A DNA stretch of 61,621 nt, the filler included, from Choristocarpus tenellus KU-1152 (Eukaryota > Protista > Phaeophyceae), in assembly GCA_964200185.2 (NCBI GenBank). It is 7 parts of 7 records of this genome, joined end to end, with 100 filler letters (N's around TTAATTAATTAA, not from the genome) between each part and the next. Parts side by side here need not be neighbours in the genome. Positions count along the whole stretch, not along the records: positions 52,275 to 55,913 come from CAXNAD020018800.1; positions 56,014 to 61,621 come from CAXNAD020010266.1; 5 more parts are not named here. One strand, written 5' to 3'. This document shows, piece by piece, positions 53,189 to 61,621 of this stretch. The first letter of the stretch is position 1, and each line of letters starts with the position of its first letter. The translations under genes were made by a program, and so were the position numbers. The notes under the pieces are model-generated. The model was not told the origin of the DNA. It saw nothing but the letters and a program-made list of their open reading frames with translations, and made no database searches.

Positions 53189-53441
53189 GAGTGAAAATAT
53201 CTTAGAAGGTATGAGTTTTGCCCTGTTTGTCTGTTTGGGGCTTGGCTTCCCACGTATTTTTTTGTAACTTCTACTTCCAAATATTTCGAAGTAGGTAAAA
53301 TGTTTATGTTATGAAAAGGTGTGTCTGGAACAAGGACATCCACACTTTCTAACAGACATGACAGCGAAAATTACCTCAAATCGTAACATTGGATTTTGGT
53401 CCCCAAACGGACACGGCTCTACCCTCTGAGATACATTACTC
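53189..53441 (-). mobile_element. MITE family B, diverged copy, TSD ATTT
   Basis: attt|gagtgaaaatatcttagaaggta...taccctctgagatacattactc|attt. Confidence 0.88.
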
Positions 53442-55464
53442 ATTTTTCATTTTCCTTTTTTGAGTGCATTATTGTTGCTTTTGTCTTTCTGTTATGTGAC
53501 ACTAATATGTAATGAGGGGTATTTGGATTGGATGGACTAGGTGTGCCGCTGAGATTTTCTTCTGCCCTCGCCTGTTTCCTGGTGTACACGGTGATGTTGA
53601 TGATACCAGGGACATAATTTATTAATTACTGAGTGCTAATAAAGGAGGGGAGTAATAGTCAAGATTTTTTTTATGTATCGTCTGGAAATTTCGAGTTCAG
53701 ACAACAAACGAGATATGGTTAGAAATGTGCGGGCTAGCCAGATCTCATGAACTTAGTTTGAGGTCCTACGTCCACATTGAATCAAATATGATGAGGGCCA
53801 TTTTAGGTCTACTTTGGAGAAAATGCTTTGGTCCTCGAAGTAGACCGGAAGCATTCAAAAAATGTTGTAAAATATGGTGTAGGTCGATTCATCACATCAA
53901 AAATGTATGGAATAGAAGCTAACATGCTCGCTAATGCATCGGATCAAGCTATAGTAGAACCTTCGACCTACAATAGAGTATGCAATAGTGTGCATAATCC
54001 GAACAAGGGGAATTTTTTTTTTCTATTTTGAGGTATCCCTCTTTTCATATTGGCAAGATGGTTTTGCCTGTTCATAACACGAAACCTGTCTCATTGGAAT
54101 GCTGACATGCACAGGATACGTAGGATATGTTTCTTTAAATAGTTATTATATAATGCTGAACCTTGCAGCTGATGGCAAAACGATTTGTCTATGTACACAT
54201 TGACAGCGGTCCCTTCAACTTTCTTCTTTATGGCCCCCTAGTACTCAACCAGGAACTTGTGAACACGTGCTTTTCTCTCCTGTGTTAGAGGTGGGGTCTT
54301 GATTCAACCACTTCTCCCCACATACCCCAAGCGCTTCAGGATGATACCCAGAAACACCATATCTAGAACGAGATAGTTGTAATTAGAGGTGACCAATTGA
54401 ACAATATTTAGCAAAAAGTGAAATTAAAAAGTGCATAGAAAGTGAGATAAAATCTTCATAGTTTCCCCTCCACAATAGTACACTATACCTCGGTTTTTCT
54501 TTGTTATCTTTGTAGGTGTGTTGAGTTTTTAAATCTTTCATGTAATTCCTCTCTTACATCTTGCATTTTCTACGTTCTGAATTTCTTTTGCCTATGTTTC
54601 ACCACAGGTTTAGGACTCCTCAGACTAGTGCTTCACTTTTGGGTTTGTTTCCGTTTAAATCGTGCATATAGTACCAAAATTGATAGGAATATTTAATTCC
54701 AACTGCACTTTTTGCTCAAATACCGTTGAGTTTATATTTTCTTGTAGAATTCCCCCATATTACATTGAGGAGTGCTCTGGAGATTGTTTGTTTATGCCTC
54801 TGTGGGCAGATGTATGGACATATTGCTGGAAATAGAGAAGAGATAATATACGGCATAGAATTCGCAAGCCTGATGCGTATGGATGTTACACTCTTTTTGT
54901 TGTGATGCATGGTTCAGTTAGTTTATTTGTAGAAACACAAGATTTAGAGTGAGCGACCAAATTCTTTTGTATTATTCTACTTCGCTGATGAATGTCCTCC
55001 ATGCACACTCATCAGTTAGTAGATAGTTGTTTTGGAACCTAATGAGTGAGGCTAATGACAATCTACTAATTCAAACCTCCCTCATCCAGATCACACATCG
55101 CTCAGGCTTCAGAGGGTGCATGTCATCATTAATCAGCACATCCACAAAATCAGGTACCACCAGGGACACCAACAGTGAAGACACTGATGTATATTTTTCC
55201 TCTATGGGGAGGACACAACAGCATAACAATAATGTTATACTTGCTTGAGGCAGATGGTCTTTCTTGACATCTACTGGAAATGTGACCCGTAGTTGGGGAC
55301 CCATGGCATAGAGACACCCTTGACTTGAAATATTCTGCTCTCTTGGTAGGGGTTGTGCCGTTGGGCTCTTGTTTTAATCACAAACTTGACATCTATTTTA
55401 AGGATATCAAATCTTTGAGGACACTACAAAATATGTTTCACATACTATTCTTGGCACAACTAAT

Positions 55465-55644
55465 GGTTCAAAGTATCTGAGGGGGGGGGGGTGGCAGCTG
55501 TCCATTTGGGGTCATTTTTTTCATGTCGTGATTTTGGGTCATTTGATTGCATGCGTTGAATGGATAATTTAGGTGCACATTTCCTGGTTTTGTCCCAAAT
55601 GGACACCCTGGTGTAGACCGCCCCCCCCCCAGATACTTTGGGTC
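55465..55644 (+). mobile_element. MITE family A, full copy (~180 bp)
   Basis: TIRs ggttcaaagtatctgagggg / cccccagatactttgggtc. Confidence 0.9.
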
Positions 55645-55708
55645 AATTGGTTTGGGGTAGGATAACAGACAGGTCAAAAATTGACTTGCCCATCTTCAGA
55701 AGACCAAA

Positions 55709-55888
55709 GGCTCAAAGTATCTGGGGAAGGGGGTGGCGGCTGTCCATATGGGGTCAATTTTTTCATGTCGCGATTTTTGGGTGATTTGGTTTTGTATGTC
55801 GGATGGATAATGAATATGCATTTTTTCTGATTTTGTCCCAAATGGACACCCTGGTGTAGACCCCCCCCCCCCCCAAAATACTTGGGTG
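55709..55888 (+). mobile_element. MITE family A, full copy
   Basis: ggctcaaagtatctgggg...ccccaaaatacttgggtg. Confidence 0.88.
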
Positions 55889-55913
55889 AAACACCAAGTA
55901 ATTTTTGACAGAT

Positions 55914-56013
55914 NNNNNNNNNNNNNNNNNNNNNNNNNNNNNNNNNNNNNNNNNNNNTTAATTAATTAANNNNNNNNNNNNNNNNNNNNNNNNNNNNNNN
56001 NNNNNNNNNNNNN
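55914..56013. other. Artificial contig linker
   Basis: Same structure. Confidence 0.98.
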
Positions 56014-59000
56014 CACCTTTCGTTCCCCCCCTGCCATGCTAATGCAGTCGCCTTTTTTGAGTGCAACAAGCCGATGAAGAGGTCGTGCGGAGGGGCGTTG
56101 GGGTCGATAGCAAGGTCTCCGCCTATCCCACTCCATTCTTTGCTGTGTATGTATTGCTTTACGCTAACCTTAACCCGCCCATCACTGCCTTTTTCAACGC
56201 GAAAAGACCTGTAGCTCGTGATATTGGGGTCACGATTGACGCGACCGTGAAGGAGTCCCTTGAAGTTTCCCTCGTTCCGTAGGGTCTTGCAGTATACCGG
56301 AACCTCCGTGTAAGAGGCCTGCAGCTCTTCACCCAGCTGTGTTCTTGTGAATATGTTCTTCCCTTTTATAGCACGTGAGAACCTGAAGGTGGAATGCAAG
56401 CAAGTTAATTTTGAGGCCAGGGCGAAAGAAACGAAGTGGAGAAGCAAGATATATATGCAGGCACATGCTCCGATGCATGTATATGGAAGTATAAATATAA
56501 AAAGGGGTGATGCGTACATTTTAATATTGTTTTGTTTCAAGAGTAGGTTACGAAACAGTTTTGGCAGCTGCTCTTATCGTTCAATTTTGTTGTGGGGAAA
56601 TCAAAAGCCAAATAATAAATTGCAGTGTATGACCATAAACCTTCCATGGATGCAACAAGCGTGAACTGCAAGCCTCAAGGCAGTATCTGTCCGTATAAAA
56701 ACACTCTGCGGCTATCGAACTTGTATATCTTGCCTGATTACCTGGAGAAGATCTGATCGATTTTGATATGCGTGTGCCCCACCATCATAAAATGTATCTC
56801 GACCACACGAATGACACTCGCCGCGACCAACAGCCCCGCATATCCGAGAAATAAATTGTTCTTGTTCTCTGAGACGCAGTTGTCGACCTGGCCAGTTTGG
56901 GGAGTTGGGAGCGAGGGAGGGATAGGTGAGAGGCAGATAATTCAGCCCATTTCGCCGCGTTTCGTGGAGGAACAGGGCATGTTTCCAGTATTGCTAGAGC
57001 GCAAGCTCTACATCACCGCCATCATACATGCAGGTTGCAACACACAAATCAAAACTAAAGACTGTGCAGTTAGTTACTAGGTGACCGGTATTCAGCGAAT
57101 ATGTGTTGAGTAGGTCGTGTCAAGATGAAACTTTCTTACCTGCCAATGCGCGTGCTGGATGATGCAACTCCCCGCGTGATGGAGGCTGTTGTGGTACTTG
57201 TCAATAAGCCTTGTGATGGCAAGGTGGGTGGCTGTGCAGACAAGGTTACAACTTGCGCGAACAATGATGACCGTCGTTAGTTGGCAAATAGTACTCTGCT
57301 TACTTACGCATTGTTTAATTGGAGCTAAAAAGAAGGGTAATGGCATTTGTTTTTGCAATGTAGAGCACATACACCTGAATAGCTGATATACATGTCTGTG
57401 GGTTTTATTCCTCGTTGATTAGCTCTTACGCTCCTCTCGTCCTTCCGAAGCTGAGGCGTAGGAGGGCAGGGGAGCACAGCGCATCATCAGTTAATCGACT
57501 GTTCACTAGGCCTGCGGTCTCTGTAGGCACATCGTGTAACGATGTTCTCGTCCTTGGGTATCTAACCTACGGCAGGTCCACTCGCCACGACGGTAGATCA
57601 AGTGGTGCGTGCACAACCAGCATCTATTCAGTCATGTGATTGTTTGCCACGACCCACAATACGTACCTCTTCCAAGATTGATAGGAGTGAAGAACACCTC
57701 CGCGAACTGGCCTTCGACGTGTGCGGTCATGATCTTCTGGCGCTCGGAGTAGCCCCTGATAAGAAGGACATGAACCAAAGAAATGTGTAAAGAAAGGTTC
57801 TACGGTGCGTCATCATCATGATGAACGGAATAGGTAGTGGAAATATGTGCGTCTGTTTTGGTGGATATTTCTTGGGACTTTGCACTCATTCGTAGAATAA
57901 AACAGGGTCGTCTATTCTGTTCCGAGTGTGGCTGCAAACTTGTTGATAAATGGACTATGCGTGCGTGTGGTTACTTGTCACTGCCGTGGGTAGGTGGGTA
58001 AAGTGCTGGGAGGGCGTGTGATGTCTGGTTCGCGGCGTCTACGGACATGAACACGGAGCCGAGAGGTTTGCCGTCGTCTTTGGCCCGCATGGCGCTGCTG
58101 GTGCTGTTGGCGATGACCAGCCGATCCGCTTGGATAATCTGGCGAATGGGGGAGAGCAACATCACGTCTGTAAATCAATTAAACCTGCTCTGAGTTGTAA
58201 AAAATGGCCACTTGTTAACACGTATCAGGTTAGTAACAAAAATAGAGTGTAGGTAACAATAAATGTTTGTCTTTGGATATGTTTTTTATTGCTGCGTTCA
58301 AGACATACACAGTATTATCGGGATGGTAGGAAGTACGTACGTAGGGGGCCGGAAGACCGCTACATGACCTGTCCCTCCCACAGCCCATTGTAGACGACCA
58401 GGAAGCAGTCTATCAAACAAGGTGTTTGGGCAGCTAATAACAACATTTTTGCGGCGAGTGAGGCTGCTGCTGCTGCCATAAGCACCTGCGTGGGAGTCTT
58501 CATTCGCAAAAGGGAACAGATGTTCTTCCAATGGAGGGTAATGACGGTGACATGTTGCCACTGTACGCTTGTCGCAAAATTAACGCTGGACCCCTACCTC
58601 TCGATGGTCTGACAGCTCCTCATCGATGGACTTGAGGACGGTGGAGTCGTTGGTGGGTTTTACACCAGGTGCACCGTGCCGCTTCTCTTTTAACGTGACA
58701 CATATGTCACATTTCATAAACTCGCCTCCTACCCTCACCCTGATGTTGAGCCTGTCCTCTCTGAGCAATCGGAGGAAGTGCGTCCTGCTTACCCGCTTGG
58801 AAGGGTCGTCAGGATACACGCCCGTATTGCCTCTTTGCAAAAATCCTTGTGTAGCTCCTAATTAAAAATGTTGGTTGTATGGGCAAGTGAGGAAATATTG
58901 AGAAGGAACACTCGAAGAACACCCCTGCAAGATCTCTCGAAGGCGGGCAGACCAATAACTTGACTGAGAACGCGGAAGACAGGATCAAGCAAGCTTACAT

Positions 59001-60532
59001 TGTGCGTTACGAAAGAGCAAATACAATGATCTTCGTAAATCTGCCAGGAGCGTGCGTCATTCTGTTCGGGCCTCGCTGCCGTTTGCAGAAGCGGCAAAGG
59101 AGGCGAATCTACCATCATCATCATCATCATCATCGCGAAGCGCTTTAGACATACGAAGTACACACTTTTGCTACCAATGTCAGACCGGGCCCGGGGTCGC
59201 AGAGTAGGTGTACACGGCGTTGAAATAACAGTTATTGTGTCTTCCTTCGTAAAAGCGACGAAGGGTATCATCATCAACATTGTAGTCTCGACATAGCAAA
59301 CGAAAAAAATAGCCCTTGGTACCAATCTTCACATTTTCTTTTAACCATAATATCAGACCGGTCAAAGTAATAAACATCCACCACTCGAGATACTACTTCG
59401 ATCCACTTCTTCTACGTACTGCTGGGTCACACAGTTTGCAACTAACTCCAACACAGGGTGTGGCCAACCTCTTCACAACCAAGGGCGAAACCTACCTCTT
59501 TGTTCGCGGCGTAGATCACAATTGTGGACTTGTGAGGCATGAACTGCCCGTATGTATCAGTCCAGTAGTCTATCCAGGACATCACCGGGTCTCGCTTCGG
59601 AGCCATGTCCTTATCTTTGTTCATGCCGTTCCTGTTCCAGTAGCGCACGTATGTATATGAATGGATGGGAGATGTGTTGGAGGTGGATACAAGGGACGGG
59701 GGATGGAATCCTAGAGGGATCGTATGCCAGCAGCGGATCTCTAATTCTGTAGATATTTACGCGTGGTAACTGCTGCAGCAGCGCGGGGACGGCCGGATGA
59801 GATATTGTTGAAGCATAAAAAAACATATCGTACGTGTATATACACACATAGGTAACACATAACTCCACGCTGGAGGGATCTCTAACTTTGTATATCAGAC
59901 ATCTAGGCGTGGTAACTGCAAAGTGAATGTGGTGAGTACGGTCGGATTACATTGTTCTGAGATAGGACTACTGTTCAATCATCAAGCAGGGGGGAAAATA
60001 TACCGGGTACAAATAACACTGTGTACATACATCAAACCCACCTCTCCGCGCCGGAGGATGCTCTTGCGTTAGGTGTGCCTTTGCAAGCGTCGATGACATG
60101 ATTGGATATTCTGAACGATGCCTTGAAAAATTGCGTACAGACGGGAATGCCGGCCGCGAGCATAGATCTGCCTCCAGGTCCCAACTTAATCACAGGTACA
60201 CGGTCGCCAACGAAGTGCTTGCGATCGCGGCGGTTCTCACACGCCCGGATGATGTCCTGCTCTTTGGCCAACGTGCGTGCAAGGAAGGACTCGCTATCTG
60301 CTGCGAACTTCTTCACACAGGCTAAGCGCTTGCAGCAGTCACCCTGTTCGTTGACCGGGATGGGTTCAGTCCATCCTCGGCGAAGCTTGGCGCCAGTCAC
60401 TAAAGCGTCATTGGTAGAAAGCTCTAGCGCACCATTGTTGACGGGCTGGTGAGGGGACAACACAGGGGGAGACGCAGGCGACAAAAGCCACCCCCTTGCT
60501 GTGGAAGCAACTGTCATGATGTTTTCGGGCAA
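56014..60532 (-). CDS. Intron-rich Sola-like / DUF7869-type DNA transposase (3' truncated, possibly frameshifted)
   Basis: Exons encode CCKRLAC, VCTQFF, GQFMPH, SRTHFLRL...FMKCDIC, FMSVDAANQ, VDNCVSENKNN and FMMVGHTHIKIDQIFS, joined by GT-AG introns. Confidence 0.85.
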
Positions 60533-60591
60533 CAGGCGGTCTTGGGCAGTGAGAAGGTCTAGGAGTGATTAGATTCGAAGGCAGGTGTATG

Positions 60592-60930
60592 AACTTTGTT
60601 TGAGCTCCGGGCGATCCGTTGGACCACCCTGAGATCCATGATCCTGAAAATCCGTGCATTACGGTTTTCGGAAGTTGTAAATCCGATTATAGCCGTACTT
60701 ACAAATTTTTAATATACAAAGCACATACTCCATTGATCTTGTACGTTTCCAATGTTCCGAAACCAACTTTGTTTGAGCTCCGGGCGATCCGTGGGACCAC
60801 CCTGAGATCCATGATCCTGAAAATCCATGTATTACGGTTTTTGGAAGTTGTAAATCCGATTATACCCGTACTTACATTTTTTTTAAATACAATGCACATA
60901 CTTCATTGATCTTGTACGTTTCCAATGTTC
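60592..60930. repeat. Tandem duplication, 2 x ~173 bp, upstream of the transposase
   Basis: aactttgtttgagctccgggcgatccgt...ttgtacgtttccaatgttc starts at 60592 and 60765. Confidence 0.95.
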
Positions 60931-61450
60931 AGACCCCAAAAGGTAAAAAAAAACTGGCACCCTCTAACTTTTTGAAGTACAAAATCTTAAATTGTTGGAT
61001 ATTTGCATTTGGGTAAACGGGATCCGATCAGATCCCATATACCCTTGAACACCCAAAACACGTGCATTAGGATTGTTAGAAATAGTAAATCCAGTAATTA
61101 CCGTTCTTACAATTTTTGAAAATACCAAGCACGCACGTTATGGGTCTCACACATTTCCAATTTTCAGAAAATAAAAGGTCACTTCCAACTGGTACCCACA
61201 ATTTATTTAAATACTAAAACCGCTTTTTGGCGACTTTAGTATTCTAAAAAATACTAGAGAGGACAAAAAGCGGATCTATAGTTTTAAAGATCCGATCTGA
61301 TCTCCTAAACCCTTGAAGAACCAAAACACGTGCGTTAGGGTTTTTACGAAATAATAATAATATTCTAATCTTTACATCAACAAATATAAATACAAACCAC
61401 ATCCTTCCTTGATCCAATACGTTTCAAACGTACGAAACGAAAAGGTCACA
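60931..61450. repeat. Diverged repeats with ~268-bp period
   Basis: gatccgatc.gatc...acccttgaa.a.ccaaaacacgtgc.ttagg at 61021 and 61289. Confidence 0.8.
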
Positions 61451-61621
61451 AAAAAACAGTTGCTCTCTGTCTCTTTTTAACATGAAATCGTATGCTGTTC
61501 GATATTCGTATTTTTTATAACACAACTGTCAACGGAAAGACAAATCTGAGTTTTGAGGACCGACCGACCAGATGAAATAAAGCAGCACCTCCCATCCCTC
61601 AGTCCTCATTTCAATTCATTC

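Noticed and set aside
28308-56013. Recurring TTAATTAATTAA flanked by Ns as a biological repeat
   Set aside because: Identical 100-bp six-frame-stop linker used to concatenate contigs; adjacency across linkers carries no biological meaning

Overview
This is eukaryotic DNA, not prokaryotic, and it is not one contiguous locus. Six artificial 100-bp linkers (N44-TTAATTAATTAA-N44) join seven contigs: 1-28307, 28408-32369, 32470-42711, 42812-48433, 48534-52174, 52275-55913 and 56014-61621. GT-AG introns, bipartite plastid presequences and TTAGGG repeats point to a photosynthetic stramenopile, probably a brown alga or relative (inference). Host genes: a 7-exon ankyrin-repeat gene (5' partial); a WW-domain exon head-to-head with a plastid-targeted PAP/fibrillin-like gene; a ~1,378-aa gene rebuilt from two ORFs via a 46-nt intron that resembles MTBP/Sld7; a plastid phosphate translocator (TPT family); and a low-complexity multi-exon gene. 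The rest is transposon-rich: decayed copia, Ty3/gypsy, RTE-type and RLE-type LINE fragments, two Tc1/mariner copies with DD40D spacing, an intron-rich Sola-like/DUF7869-type transposase with upstream repeat arrays, two MITE families sharing a CAAAGTATCT terminal core (one with 4-bp TSDs shown by empty-site comparison), and a ~1.5-kb fold-back inverted repeat. The best leads are the MTBP-like gene and the possible MITE/Sola-like transposase system. All family assignments come from motif recognition by eye; no database searches were run.
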